DNA of 64,000 bases from a phage: sequence record PZ402304.1. One strand, given 5' to 3'. Below are positions 12,719-22,791 of this stretch, piece by piece (the stretch's first letter is position 1; every line of letters starts with the position of its first letter). Below the pieces are notes generated by a model. The model saw nothing but the letters and a program-made list of their open reading frames with translations, was not told the origin of the DNA and did not search any database. A program made the position numbers and the translations under genes.

Positions 12719-13717
12719 TTATGATACTAATTCAATCCATGCAGGACGCAGAACATCTTGCACCATTCGGACTAATTCTTTCTTAACAAGATTAGGATTA
12801 TCAGATGATGTTAATACAATACCTTCACGAGAAGTTTCTTCCAGAATATCTTGAACAGTCAATCCCATCACTTTGCCAAAATCTTTTGGCGTTACAGTCC
12901 CAATCTTAGAAATCACATTATTAACACGATTTAACGTAACATAACAAGCTAGAACATCAAGCAAGTTTTTGTCAATTTCGGTTAATGGAACCTGAGTTTT
13001 AATAGGCTTATCAGACTTTTTCTTTTCGCTGAATTTAGAGTTCTTGCACTTAATAGCTACACGAGTACCGTTTGGCAACCATTTAGGGAAACAAGGCTTC
13101 AGAACATAACCTTCTGCCGTATTATCGCCAATAACATTAGCATCAAATACACAATTATTTGCTTCTACAAGGTCTTCTGACGCAGTAGCATTATAAGCGG
13201 CTAAGACTGAATCAAGGTCATTTGGAATCATGATAAGAGAATCAAATGTTCCACGACCAAGCATTGGTGCCATTTTAAAACCGAATTCATTACAGAAATC
13301 TTGCATTTCGTAATCGGTCAAATACGTATTATCACCACTTTCTGTATTGATAAGGATATCGAACACATAAAAATCTTTTTCACCGTAGTCAACACCTTTC
13401 TGGATTCCACCACCAGCGAATTCACCGAATACTTGATATGATACTGCTCGAGCTGCGTGCATTAATTCCTGAACGGCTTTAATAGCTTTATCATACTTCT
13501 TGAGTACGATTTCATAGCCATAAAAATCTTCTGCTGGAAGAATAGGGCCTGTGCGCTTGGCGCATGTGACGTTGTCACGTTCAATTATTAACGAGAAGTT
13601 GGTCCCATGGATTTTCTCACGTGCTACCCAAACACCAGTAGTCAAACCATTAGTGTAGAGTTTTTCAATAAACTTAGAGTTGTAGTGGTTTTCAAGACTG
13701 CTGTATTTCTTAAACAT
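12719..13717 (-). CDS. rnlB: RNA ligase 2 (RnlB)
   Basis: 332 aa; nucleotidyltransferase lysine motif in EKIHGTNFS; T4 Rnl2-like. Confidence 0.9.
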   Translation of the reverse strand: MFKKYSSLENHYNSKFIEKLYTNGLTTGVWVAREKIHGTNFSLIIERDNVTCAKRTGPILPAEDFYGYEIVLKKYDKAIKAVQELMHAARAVSYQVFGEFAGGGIQKGVDYGEKDFYVFDILINTESGDNTYLTDYEMQDFCNEFGFKMAPMLGRGTFDSLIMIPNDLDSVLAAYNATASEDLVEANNCVFDANVIGDNTAEGYVLKPCFPKWLPNGTRVAIKCKNSKFSEKKKSDKPIKTQVPLTEIDKNLLDVLACYVTLNRVNNVISKIGTVTPKDFGKVMGLTVQDILEETSREGIVLTSSDNPNLVKKELVRMVQDVLRPAWIELVS

Positions 13718-13836
13718 AAATCACCATTATAAATAATAATATCAAAATAATTAGCAGAGACTCTGTCTCCGACCCAATGTTTAATTTGAATGGATAGAAC
13801 CTAGATTCATTATACCATCAAAAAATGTAAAGCATA

Positions 13837-14088
13837 CTAGAACTTGATTTCTATCCAGTGCCCATCACGCTGGTCGTGATTAATTTTGTACTGAAAGCCG
13901 TTATCACGGAACCACTGGCCGATTTGCTCGGTGATAGTTAAATCATTCTTTGACGGATAGTATGTAAATTGTGTCTGGCCTTTGTCAGCGGCTTTCTCTG
14001 CCATCACAGAGAAGTTAGCAATAAAATCTTTCAACAAATTGGCTTTAGTGGCCAGGGCCCTTTCTCTTAATTCCTGTGCAAAACTCAT
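13837..14088 (-). CDS. hypothetical protein (T4 24.2-like position)
   Basis: 83-aa ORF in operon arrangement. Confidence 0.55.
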   Translation of the reverse strand: MSFAQELRERALATKANLLKDFIANFSVMAEKAADKGQTQFTYYPSKNDLTITEQIGQWFRDNGFQYKINHDQRDGHWIEIKF

Positions 14089-14285
14089 TTCTTCACCTTT
14101 TTGTTAATAAAACGTTTACGGTATACAACTTTTTCTTTTGCTTTAAACTTTGACCGAGCTGTCTCGGCTTTAGTCCATAATAATCCAACTTCTTTAGGTT
14201 GTAAACCGATTTTTTGAGCAATTTCTACGAATGAAAATCCCGCCTCATGTAATGTATAAACTTCAACTTCAGCTCTCATAATCAA
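14085..14285 (-). CDS. hypothetical protein (T4 24.3-like position)
   Basis: 66-aa ORF, stop overlaps next ORF start. Confidence 0.5.
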   Translation of the reverse strand: MIMRAEVEVYTLHEAGFSFVEIAQKIGLQPKEVGLLWTKAETARSKFKAKEKVVYRKRFINKKVKK

Positions 14286-14343
14286 TCCCGTATTATTTGG
14301 TTTGTGCCATTATACATCAATCTCAAGACGTGTTTTGTATGCT

Positions 14344-14375
14344 TTAAAAACGAAGAAAGGGGCCGAAGCCCCTTA
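14344..14375 (-). terminator. terminator hairpin after hoc
   Basis: minus strand GGGGC-UUCG-GCCCC followed by UUUCUUCGUUUUU. Confidence 0.55.
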
Positions 14376-14378
14376 CGA

Positions 14379-15509
14379 TTATGGATAGGTATAGATGATA
14401 CCAGTTTCTAAAGCAGTTTTATGAATGATGTATCCATTACGTGATTCTTGAACATCAACTTCTGGATAGTCTTTCATCATCTTCTGAAGGGTGTAACGAT
14501 GCAAGTAGTACTTACTATCTGGGTCGTCAGTTTTCCAGTCTTTACCTTCTTCAGCCATTTTTTGGATTTCATCCATAACCCACCAACCACACCAGATATA
14601 AGCTGAAGTACGATGTGGAAGAGGATGAACATAAGGTAGTTCACCTTCTGGTTCTGGAGCAACTTTATCAGTTACCTGAACTTGACCTTCTGCTGTAATA
14701 GTTTTGCTATCATAATCAGTAGCAGTAACAGTAGCAGTAACTTCAATAGTTTGACTTCCAATAGATGATGTATCAACGGTGTATACGTTAGTTGACCCTT
14801 CTACAGGAGAAGAATTTTTCTTCCACGAGTAAGTAATTTGTGCTGCGTCAGGTGCGCCAGTAACATTAGCAGTAAACGTAGCCGAAGCATCTTGCTGAAC
14901 GTTAATAGAAGGAGGAGTCAATGTAACCTGTGGATTCATTGTCTTCTTATTAACCGTCAATGATACTTCATTAGAAGTAACGCTCAGTGCATCATAATCT
15001 GTCGCTGTTACTTGAGCTACACACTTGATTTTTTTAACTCCGCTTGTAGTAGGAGTGTAATTGAATGTAGCACTAGTTGCTTCGCTCACAGGAGAACCAT
15101 CTACATGCCACTGATACGTAGCAGACGCTCCAGCCGGTTGAGAAGCTAAGGCAGCAGTAAATTCAACAGGAGTTCCAATTACTCCTGCAGCAGGACTATC
15201 AGGAGTTACAGCTAAGGTAGTTGTCTGTGTCTTATTTTGAACTGTGATAGTTGTTGTCGCTTCAGCCGTTTCCGGGCCTCCTTCAGAAAGTGTATTTGTT
15301 GCAACAACTTTAATTGTTTTTGTTCCAGCAGGTCCTTTTAACACATAATCAAAAGTTTCTGCCGATCCTACTTGAGGAGCATCGTCTACACTCCATGCAT
15401 AGGTAATAGTTCCACCTCCAGTTTCACCACTGGGAGTAGCAGTAAACTGCTTAGTCTCATCTATAACTCCAGTAGGGGTTTTAGGAGTTATATCAACTGT
15501 AAAAGCCAT
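14379..15509 (-). CDS. hoc: Hoc, highly immunogenic outer capsid protein (Ig-like domains)
   Basis: 376 aa with repeated Ig-like segments and conserved C-terminal capsid-binding region; T4 Hoc-like. Confidence 0.9.
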   Translation of the reverse strand: MAFTVDITPKTPTGVIDETKQFTATPSGETGGGTITYAWSVDDAPQVGSAETFDYVLKGPAGTKTIKVVATNTLSEGGPETAEATTTITVQNKTQTTTLAVTPDSPAAGVIGTPVEFTAALASQPAGASATYQWHVDGSPVSEATSATFNYTPTTSGVKKIKCVAQVTATDYDALSVTSNEVSLTVNKKTMNPQVTLTPPSINVQQDASATFTANVTGAPDAAQITYSWKKNSSPVEGSTNVYTVDTSSIGSQTIEVTATVTATDYDSKTITAEGQVQVTDKVAPEPEGELPYVHPLPHRTSAYIWCGWWVMDEIQKMAEEGKDWKTDDPDSKYYLHRYTLQKMMKDYPEVDVQESRNGYIIHKTALETGIIYTYP

Positions 15510-15518
15510 AAGTTATCC

Positions 15519-16187
15519 TTATTTTAATGTTACGAAAGAAGAATTACGAGATTCACGAATTAGAACTGATCCATCGCGATTAATATAATAAATTAAGCTA
15601 AATAATGTTTGGTGAGCAGAAGCATGCACAAAACTAGTTGGGCGAGATTTCCAATCTGGGGTTTCGGCTATCCATTGATAAATCCACCAAGGAACAGTAA
15701 CATATCCTGGGCTTTTGCCTAATTTAATGAGTGTAGGACTAAAATTTTCAGGCAGAACAAATGTTACTTCTTTATTTACATCTGCCTCAGGCTCTTTTTC
15801 AGATTCAACAACCTGAGTAATTGCTTCTTCGAATTTATCATGGTCGAATTCTTTTTCTTGTTCGACAACTTCTAATACTTCAACTTGTTCTGTTGGAGAA
15901 TCAAACAACAGAATAGCTTCTTCTTTAACTTCTTCGTTGGTGAAATTAACACCGTCTGCATCATCTGCGGCAGTAATTAAATCAGTGATAGATAATCCAT
16001 CAGTTTCAGGTAATGGTTCATCAGCCAGTGCTTTAAGAGCTTCTTCGATATCAATAACAATATTATCGAATGATTTTGTTTTCTTAACACTTATGCCAAA
16101 TTGTTCTGCGTATTCAAACAGTTTAGCTTTGGCTTCCTTTTTATCAGAAAGAGCACGTAACTCTTCAATGTAGTCTTTATCGATCAT
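15519..16187 (-). CDS. inh: Inh, inhibitor of prohead protease
   Basis: 222 aa, acidic, in the position of T4 inh. Confidence 0.75.
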   Translation of the reverse strand: MIDKDYIEELRALSDKKEAKAKLFEYAEQFGISVKKTKSFDNIVIDIEEALKALADEPLPETDGLSITDLITAADDADGVNFTNEEVKEEAILLFDSPTEQVEVLEVVEQEKEFDHDKFEEAITQVVESEKEPEADVNKEVTFVLPENFSPTLIKLGKSPGYVTVPWWIYQWIAETPDWKSRPTSFVHASAHQTLFSLIYYINRDGSVLIRESRNSSFVTLK

Positions 16188-16200
16188 GGTATTTCCTCAT

Positions 16201-16208
16201 TATAAATA
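16201..16208 (+). promoter_or_regulatory. late promoter TATAAATA upstream of Seg-like gene
   Basis: exact TATAAATA in the inh/seg divergent region. Confidence 0.5.
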
Positions 16209-16236
16209 TAACTATATTTATTACATGGAAAAGAGT

Positions 16237-16968
16237 ATGTATCACTTTGTTTATGAGACCGTAAATTTAATCAATGGTAAAAAGTACATTGGCAAACATT
16301 CTACAGAAAATTTAAACGATTCGTATCTAGGGTCAGGTGTTGCCTTAAATCGCGCTATCAAAAAATACGGAAAAGAATCATTTAAACGTTCAATAATTAA
16401 ACAATTTGAAACTTCCGCTGAAGCTTTAGAATACGAAGCTCAGTTAGTAACAGAGGATTTGGTCAAATCTAACGAGTATTATAATATGCGCCAAGGCGGT
16501 GAAGGTGGAAGGTATAAGTACACCGAAGCTGATAAGACTAAAATGTCTAATAGTGCTAAAGAACGAATAAAGAGGCTTGGTCATAATCTTTTAGGAAAAC
16601 ACAGATCGGAAGAAACAAAAAGAAAACTATCTGAAACAAATAAACGTCGATACTCTGAAGACCCGACATGCCACGGGCGGTATGGTACAGGAAAGCCAAA
16701 GATTGATAAAATTAAAGGTCCTAAAAATCCTACAACTCTAAATAAAATTTGTGTTAACAACGGTAAAGAAAACAGATTTATATCAGCCGAGGACCCGATG
16801 CCTGAAGGATTTGTAAAAGGAATGGTCCAACTTAATAGAAAATCTAGAAAGGGCTGTGAAGTAAAACCTACGACCACCGGCAGAATATGGGTAAATAACG
16901 GGGCTATAAATAAATTAGTAAATCCGTTATCCATCCCAGATGGATATGTTAAAGGCCGTTTAAGGTAA
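16237..16968 (+). CDS. GIY-YIG homing endonuclease (position of T4 segE)
   Basis: GIY-YIG module YHFVYET...KKYIGKH...YLGSG; start chosen at the ATG preceded by GGAAAAGAG; the longer ORF from 16186 would include the promoter. Confidence 0.75.
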   Translation: MYHFVYETVNLINGKKYIGKHSTENLNDSYLGSGVALNRAIKKYGKESFKRSIIKQFETSAEALEYEAQLVTEDLVKSNEYYNMRQGGEGGRYKYTEADKTKMSNSAKERIKRLGHNLLGKHRSEETKRKLSETNKRRYSEDPTCHGRYGTGKPKIDKIKGPKNPTTLNKICVNNGKENRFISAEDPMPEGFVKGMVQLNRKSRKGCEVKPTTTGRIWVNNGAINKLVNPLSIPDGYVKGRLR

Positions 16969-16973
16969 TTATT

Positions 16974-18488
16974 ATGACAGATATTAAAGTACATTTTCAT
17001 GATTTTAGCCATGTAAGAATTGAATGCGACGAAAGCGTGTTCTATGAATTACGCGACTTTTTTAGCTTTGAAGCCGATGGGTACAAATTCAACCCGCGTT
17101 ACAAATATGGGAACTGGGATGGTAGAATTCGACTTTTAGATTATAACCGTTTGTTACCATACGGACTTGTAGGACAAATAAAAAAGTTCTGTAACAATAT
17201 GAGTTATTCTGTATGGATTGACCCTAAAATCTTTGAGACAGAAGATCTTACCAGGGAAGATTTTGACGCATGGCTTTCTAAACAAGAAATTTATTCTGGC
17301 AACGCCAAAATCGAACCACATTGGTATCAAAAAGATGCAGTATACGAAGGACTAGTTAATCGTCGTCGAATTTTAAACCTTCCGACATCAGCAGGTAAAT
17401 CACTAATCCAAGCACTTTTAGCTCGTTATTATCTAGAGAACTATGAAGGTAAAATTCTCATTATCGTCCCTACAACAGCATTGACAACCCAGATGGCTAA
17501 TGATTTTGTTGATTATCGCTTGTTTAATCATTCGATGATTAAGAAAATTGGCGGCGGTGCTGATAAAGCAGACAAATCTAAAAACGACGCTCCAATTATT
17601 GTTGGCACATGGCAAACAGTAGTTAAGCAGCCTAAAGAATGGTTCTCTCAGTTCGGTATGATGATGAATGATGAATGCCACTTAGCAACAGGCAAAAGTA
17701 TTTCTTCAATCATCTCAGGATTAAATAATTGCATGTTTAAATTCGGTTTATCTGGCTCATTAAGAGACGGAAAAGCCAATGTAATGCAGTACGTAGGTAT
17801 GTTCGGCGAAATCTTCCGTCCTGTTAGCACGTCTAAATTAATGGAAGACGGGCAGGTAACTGAGCTTAAGATTAATAGTATTTTCCTTCGTTATCCGGAC
17901 GAATTCACTGTTAAATTAAAAGGTAAAACATACCAAGAAGAAGTTAAAATTATTACCGGACTAAAACGACGTACAAAGTGGATTGCTCAACTTTCAGTCA
18001 AATTGGCTAAGAAAGACGAGAACGCCTTTGTAATGTTTAAACACGTTACACACGGTAAAGAAATATTTGAAGCTATTAAAGAGCTTGGATACGAAAAAGT
18101 TTATTACGTATCAGGTGAAGTTGATACTGAAACACGTAACGCGCTTAAAGTTATGGCAGAAAATGGTAAAGGCATTATTATTGTCGCATCATATGGAGTA
18201 TTCTCTACTGGTATTTCAGTCAAGAATCTTCATCATGTTATTTTCGCCCATGGTGTTAAATCAAAAATTATCGTACTTCAAACCGTAGGTCGCGTGCTTC
18301 GTAAGCATGGTTCTAAAGCTGTTGCTACAGTTTGGGATCTCATCGATGACGCAGGTGTAAAACCTAAATCATTAAATACTAAAAAGAAGTATACTCATCT
18401 TAATTACTTGTTAAAACACGGTATTGATCGTATCCAACGTTACGCTGATGAGAAATTTAACTATGTAATGAAAACAATTAATTTATAA
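16974..18488 (+). CDS. uvsW: UvsW RNA-DNA and DNA helicase
   Basis: 504 aa; SF2 helicase motifs (PTSAGKS, DECH); T4 UvsW-like. Confidence 0.95.
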   Translation: MTDIKVHFHDFSHVRIECDESVFYELRDFFSFEADGYKFNPRYKYGNWDGRIRLLDYNRLLPYGLVGQIKKFCNNMSYSVWIDPKIFETEDLTREDFDAWLSKQEIYSGNAKIEPHWYQKDAVYEGLVNRRRILNLPTSAGKSLIQALLARYYLENYEGKILIIVPTTALTTQMANDFVDYRLFNHSMIKKIGGGADKADKSKNDAPIIVGTWQTVVKQPKEWFSQFGMMMNDECHLATGKSISSIISGLNNCMFKFGLSGSLRDGKANVMQYVGMFGEIFRPVSTSKLMEDGQVTELKINSIFLRYPDEFTVKLKGKTYQEEVKIITGLKRRTKWIAQLSVKLAKKDENAFVMFKHVTHGKEIFEAIKELGYEKVYYVSGEVDTETRNALKVMAENGKGIIIVASYGVFSTGISVKNLHHVIFAHGVKSKIIVLQTVGRVLRKHGSKAVATVWDLIDDAGVKPKSLNTKKKYTHLNYLLKHGIDRIQRYADEKFNYVMKTINL

Positions 18489-18513
18489 GGGCTTCGGCCC
18501 TTAGGAGATAAAA

Positions 18514-18747
18514 ATGGTACTTGAATTTAAACAATTTTTATACGAAGCATCTATTGACGAATTCATGGGTAAAATTGCTAATTGTCATACCTTAGAAGGG
18601 CTTGAAGAATTGGAAGCTTATTATAAGAAACGTATAAAAGAAACGGAATTAAAAGATACAGATGATATTTCTGTCAGGGATGCCTTAGCAGGTAAGCGTG
18701 CCGAACTTGAAGGCGATGATGATGAGGATGAGGAAGAAGACTTCTAA
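18514..18747 (+). CDS. uvsW.1: UvsW.1 small acidic protein
   Basis: 77 aa with acidic C-terminus, directly downstream of uvsW. Confidence 0.8.
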   Translation: MVLEFKQFLYEASIDEFMGKIANCHTLEGLEELEAYYKKRIKETELKDTDDISVRDALAGKRAELEGDDDEDEEEDF

Positions 18748-18750
18748 TTA

Positions 18751-18781
18751 AAAAAGGCCCGACCTTTTTGGAAGGGCCAAA
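18751..18781 (-). terminator. hairpin terminator in uvsW.1/uvsY.-2 convergent region
   Basis: minus strand GGCCC...GGGCC hairpin followed by U6. Confidence 0.45.
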
Positions 18782-18802
18782 ACCATAGGCAAAAAGGTAA
18801 CA

Positions 18803-18970
18803 CTATAGTAAAAGTTGGGTTTCGTTCAATTGCTCTTCTGAACTTTCTGAAACCGGCAATTGTTGGACATAGTTATAACAAGGGCCAGGATGTGCTGGAC
18901 CTTTATCTGTTTCAACAACCAATGCAGAATCGATTGGAGTTTTACAGACAACACAAATCTTATCTGACAT
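18803..18970 (-). CDS. small hypothetical protein (uvsY.-2-like position)
   Basis: 55-aa ORF found by manual translation, below the ORF-track cutoff; begins MSDKICVVCK. Confidence 0.4.
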   Translation of the reverse strand: MSDKICVVCKTPIDSALVVETDKGPAHPGPCYNYVQQLPVSESSEEQLNETQLLL

Positions 18971-19002
18971 GATTGTCTCCTAAGTTGAAATTACATATCT
19001 AT

Positions 19003-19227
19003 TTATACCACTCGCATGCACATATCGATACCCATATCTTTTGTATAAAAATACTCATCGATGTACCCAGCAAACTTCCCTTTAATATAAAGGACGTCTT
19101 CGCCACAAGGATGGTCTGCCAGAATACGAATATCTTGACGACGTAGACGATACTTTTCCATTAAGAATTTAATTTCAGTTTCAAATTCTTCATCATTATT
19201 AAAGGCATCTTCAATCGAATAACGCAT
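19003..19227 (-). CDS. hypothetical protein (uvsY.-1-like position)
   Basis: 74-aa ORF immediately downstream of uvsY. Confidence 0.6.
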   Translation of the reverse strand: MRYSIEDAFNNDEEFETEIKFLMEKYRLRRQDIRILADHPCGEDVLYIKGKFAGYIDEYFYTKDMGIDMCMRVV

Positions 19228-19640
19228 TATTGCCCCGCTTCAAATTCTCGCATATCCTGGATATGTTTAAGTGCAAAACTACGAGACTTAACTGCGTCAA
19301 GTGCACCACTACAGAACTCAAGTAAAATTCCCCAGTATTGTAAAGTAGTCTCTATTTTAAGCACATCTTTATCTGCAGCCAGGACAGTTTTCATTTCAGA
19401 TTTCTCGTATCGGTCCATACTGAATTCATCACCGTCACCTCGTCCCGAGTAGTAGTCTAATCTTGCTTTTAGAGCAGTTTTCTTCTGAGTCTCTATACGC
19501 AACATTTCTTTACGAATAAATGAGTGCTTACGTAGCCATTTGCTGTATAACTTAACATTATTCGCCGTCTCATATTGCAACTTTGTCATATCAATAGCTA
19601 AGTCTGCGTCTAACTCTTCCTGTAAATCTTCCAGCTTCAT
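19227..19640 (-). CDS. uvsY: UvsY recombination mediator
   Basis: 137 aa from internal ATG (MKLEDLQEEL), matching T4 UvsY length; the 27-codon upstream extension in the ORF track is probably not translated. Confidence 0.9.
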   Translation of the reverse strand: MKLEDLQEELDADLAIDMTKLQYETANNVKLYSKWLRKHSFIRKEMLRIETQKKTALKARLDYYSGRGDGDEFSMDRYEKSEMKTVLAADKDVLKIETTLQYWGILLEFCSGALDAVKSRSFALKHIQDMREFEAGQ

Positions 19641-19695
19641 AATGTTCTCTCTTTTAACTAATAATCTCCCGGCTGTATCGGAAGGACCTAAAACC

Positions 19696-19722
19696 ATTAT
19701 ACATAGGTTGCCTTGAAGCATT
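19696..19722 (-). promoter_or_regulatory. middle promoter with MotA box upstream of uvsY
   Basis: minus strand aaTGCTTCA-N12-TATAAT, the MotA-box architecture. Confidence 0.6.
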
Positions 19723-20119
19723 ACACTCTATTGCTTGACGCTAACTGAAGTTTAATTTGTTCAATATCATCAGGGTTGTCTACGACCGAAAATCTAATCT
19801 CTACTATAACCGTATAGTCATCATATACTGGCGTTACACTTACAGAAAGTTTGTCGATGCGTGGCTCATAGTTACGAACAGCTGCCTGGATATTACGCTC
19901 AATCGTATCGGCTGTAAGTGGTGTCATGTTCTCGAAAAGTTCGTCGACCAAATCGCATCCAAATTCAGGGTCGAAGGGGCGTGAGCCTTTTCTAGTTGTC
20001 ACTATGCCAAGAAGACTATTTTTAATAGAACGAAGTCCTACAGAACGAGCAACATCCTTGTTCCAATCCATACGCATTTCTGGGTCGATATCTGAATAAA
20101 GTTTATTGATATTAGACAT
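19721..20119 (-). CDS. 25: baseplate wedge protein gp25
   Basis: 132 aa, T4 gp25-like. Confidence 0.9.
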   Translation of the reverse strand: MSNINKLYSDIDPEMRMDWNKDVARSVGLRSIKNSLLGIVTTRKGSRPFDPEFGCDLVDELFENMTPLTADTIERNIQAAVRNYEPRIDKLSVSVTPVYDDYTVIVEIRFSVVDNPDDIEQIKLQLASSNRV

Positions 20120-20222
20120 TATAGTAACTCAAAGAATTCTTTGAGCATACGCATTTCTGGGTCGATATCTGAATAAAGTTTATTGATATTAGACATTATA
20201 GTAACTCAAAGAATTCTTTGAG
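20069..20222. repeat. perfect 77-bp tandem direct duplication (2 copies) spanning the gene 26 end and gene 25 start
   Basis: 20069..20145 is identical to 20146..20222 by direct reading; each copy carries the 18-bp palindrome CTCAAAGAATTCTTTGAG. Confidence 0.9.
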
Positions 20223-20822
20223 GCCTCGTATTGTGTGAACGTGTGACGCCCCACATTTGGGACATTTAATAGGGGTTGCCAAATAAATTGATGGCGATAC
20301 TAAAAGATTTTTAATATTGATCATGTCATCTTCTGTTATAAGGCCGTAAAGGTCGTTTATTTCTGCTTCAGTTAAATCTTCAACAGGGATGGACTCTCCG
20401 TTGACAAAAACGGCCTCAATACATGAAGCAATCATTAATGCGATATTTTTATCGTCAAATAATTTAGGTTGACGGAACTTAATTTTAATACCGCTGAACG
20501 AATACCAGGGATCGGCCTGTTCATCTAATTGAGTGTGCAATAAATTCATATAGACTTGAAATGAATGCCCACAGGAACAATTCCAGGTGTGTTCTTGATT
20601 CACTTCACCTAATGAATGTGCCCACAGATTTACCAACAATAGCTCGGCTTCTTGTTTAGTCAAGTTTTTAGCATTAGAGCAATTAGTGATAATATTGTTC
20701 ACTGCTGATTCAATAGTACCGGTAGCCCGCGCACCAATGAGTCCTAAATATTCTTTTAAAGTAAAGGCTCTACAATTCACTTCTTTATCGCCTAAACGTA
20801 CGGTAAACGTATATTTGTACAT
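20196..20822 (-). CDS. 26: baseplate hub subunit gp26
   Basis: 208 aa, T4 gp26-like length; C-terminal Cys pairs. Confidence 0.85.
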   Translation of the reverse strand: MYKYTFTVRLGDKEVNCRAFTLKEYLGLIGARATGTIESAVNNIITNCSNAKNLTKQEAELLLVNLWAHSLGEVNQEHTWNCSCGHSFQVYMNLLHTQLDEQADPWYSFSGIKIKFRQPKLFDDKNIALMIASCIEAVFVNGESIPVEDLTEAEINDLYGLITEDDMINIKNLLVSPSIYLATPIKCPKCGASHVHTIRGLKEFFELL

Positions 20823-20840
20823 GTTAACTCCTTTATTGTG

Positions 20841-20848
20841 TATTTATA
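20841..20848 (-). promoter_or_regulatory. late promoter (TATAAATA on minus strand) upstream of gene 26
   Basis: plus TATTTATA overlapping the divergent gene 51 promoter; AAGGAG RBS follows on minus strand. Confidence 0.5.
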
Positions 20849-20852
20849 AATA
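20845..20852 (+). promoter_or_regulatory. late promoter TATAAATA upstream of gene 51
   Basis: exact TATAAATA followed by AAGGAG RBS and ATG. Confidence 0.55.
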
Positions 20853-20869
20853 ATAGAAAAGGAGTAATT

Positions 20870-21622
20870 ATGGCTAATATAATTCGTTGTAAATTACCGG
20901 ATGGTGTTCATCGTTTTAAGCCGTTCACTGTGGCGGATTATAGAGACTTTTTACTAGTTAGAAATGATATCGAACATCGTTCGCCGCAAGAACAAAAAGA
21001 AATAATTGCCGATCTGATTGATGATTATTTTGGCGAGTACCCTAAAACGTGGCAACCATTTATATTCCTGCAAGTTTTTGCAGGCTCTATAGGCAAAACA
21101 AAAGTTCCTGTTATTTTCACTTGCCCTAAATGCTCTAAAGAAAAAACTGCACCATTTGAGATATATCAAAAAGAACTAGTCGAACCTGAACTTGATGTTG
21201 CTGGTATAAAAATACGTTTTTCTTTCCCTGAAAAGTTTTATGACAATAAAGCATTAATGATAAGTGAAAACATAAAAGAAATATATTATAATGATGAATG
21301 GTATCCATGGAATGATTTGACTGAAGAGAACCAAATCCAAGTAATAGAAGCAATAGACATTGACTCGCTCGAGAAGGTTATTGCTTCTATGAACCCTATT
21401 AATTTGACCCTTAGATTAGGTTGTTGTGAACGTCATGTTAAAACATATACTGATATCTTAGAGGTTTTTAAATTGTTAGTTAACCCTGATGAGATTTTTA
21501 CATTCTATCAGATAAACCATTCACTAGTAAAGAGTCAATACACATTGGATTCTATTATGCAAATGATTCCTGTTGAACGTGGTATTGCTTTAACATTAGT
21601 AGAAAAGGACCATAAAAAATGA
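20870..21622 (+). CDS. 51: baseplate hub assembly catalyst gp51
   Basis: 250 aa, T4 gp51-like. Confidence 0.85.
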   Translation: MANIIRCKLPDGVHRFKPFTVADYRDFLLVRNDIEHRSPQEQKEIIADLIDDYFGEYPKTWQPFIFLQVFAGSIGKTKVPVIFTCPKCSKEKTAPFEIYQKELVEPELDVAGIKIRFSFPEKFYDNKALMISENIKEIYYNDEWYPWNDLTEENQIQVIEAIDIDSLEKVIASMNPINLTLRLGCCERHVKTYTDILEVFKLLVNPDEIFTFYQINHSLVKSQYTLDSIMQMIPVERGIALTLVEKDHKK

Positions 21623-22791
21623 CAGTATTCCAACGTCCAGGATATCCTAACTTAAGCGTTAAATTATATCAAGATTATTCGGCTTGGCAAGAAAATAGAT
21701 ATGTTGAACTCGCAGCAACAATAACAACTTTAACCATGCGAGATTCGCTATATGGAAGAAATGAAGGGATTCTTCAATTTTATGACACTAAAAACATCCA
21801 CACTAAAATGGATGGTAGACAGATAGTCCAAATCTCTGTTTCAAATTCAAACACACCTCTCCAAGTTAGAACTCGAATTTATGGATGTAGACATTATTCT
21901 GTGTCTGTGGACTCAAAAGGTGACAATATTATTGCAATTGAGCTTGGAACAATACATTCTATAGAGAACCTTAAATTTGGGCGGCCATTCTTCTCAGACG
22001 CAGGAGAATCTATACGTGAAATGTTAGGTGTCATATATAAAGACCGTACGTTAATTACTCCGCCAATAAACACTATTAATGCTTATGTTCCTGATATTCC
22101 TTGGACAAGCACATTTGATGATTATTTGGCATATGTCAGAGAATTAGGACTTGCTACAGCGAGTGATAAGTTCGTATTCGTATGGCAAGATATTTTAGGC
22201 GTAAACATGATTGACTATGATACTCTTATTGGTCAGGAAGGCATTAAGATGATTGTAGGCGAGCCAAATACTGTAGGCCAGTATATTCAAGAGCTTGAGT
22301 ATCCATTAGTATGGGATTTCACCTGGATGACTAAAGCTAACCAATTTACAAGAGACCCTATTAAAAACGCCACGATATTCGCTCATTCATTTTTAGATAC
22401 ATCTATTCCGGTTATTGTTACAGGTGATGGTGATAATGCTATTCTTGTGTCAAGATCAGGTGGATATTCTGAAATGACCTATCGTAATGGATTTGAAGAA
22501 GCAAGTCGTCTTCAGACAATGGCTCAATATGATGGATATGCTAAATGCACTACTACAGGTAATTTTAACATAACGCCCGCTACTAAAATTATATTTGTTG
22601 ACCAAAAGAACCAATTCAAATCCGAATTTTACGTCGATGAAGTTATTCATGAGTTATCAAATAACAACTCACAAACTCATCTGTACATGTTTACCAACTC
22701 AATGGTGTTAGAACCTGTTAACCCAGTTAAGGTTAAAAATGAACTTAAATCTGATTCTACCTCTAAAGAAAATAATTCTACCACAGTCTAA
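21619..22791 (+). CDS. 27: baseplate hub subunit gp27
   Basis: 390 aa, T4 gp27-like. Confidence 0.9.
   Translation: MTVFQRPGYPNLSVKLYQDYSAWQENRYVELAATITTLTMRDSLYGRNEGILQFYDTKNIHTKMDGRQIVQISVSNSNTPLQVRTRIYGCRHYSVSVDSKGDNIIAIELGTIHSIENLKFGRPFFSDAGESIREMLGVIYKDRTLITPPINTINAYVPDIPWTSTFDDYLAYVRELGLATASDKFVFVWQDILGVNMIDYDTLIGQEGIKMIVGEPNTVGQYIQELEYPLVWDFTWMTKANQFTRDPIKNATIFAHSFLDTSIPVIVTGDGDNAILVSRSGGYSEMTYRNGFEEASRLQTMAQYDGYAKCTTTGNFNITPATKIIFVDQKNQFKSEFYVDEVIHELSNNNSQTHLYMFTNSMVLEPVNPVKVKNELKSDSTSKENNSTTV

Noticed and set aside
13728-13735. Plus-strand TATAAATA motif between rnlB and the 24.2-like ORF
   Set aside because: No plus-strand gene lies downstream for more than 2 kb; probably a chance match in AT-rich DNA or at most an antisense-transcript promoter.
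18488-18503. Hairpin GGGC-UUCG-GCCC after uvsW as a transcription terminator
   Set aside because: No U tract follows; it is immediately followed by the uvsW.1 RBS and ATG, so it is more likely an intercistronic RNA structure than a terminator.
19227-19721. 164-aa version of UvsY from the first ATG
   Set aside because: The conserved UvsY sequence begins at the internal Met (137 aa, the T4 length); the upstream 27 codons overlap the gene 25 end and the middle-promoter region.
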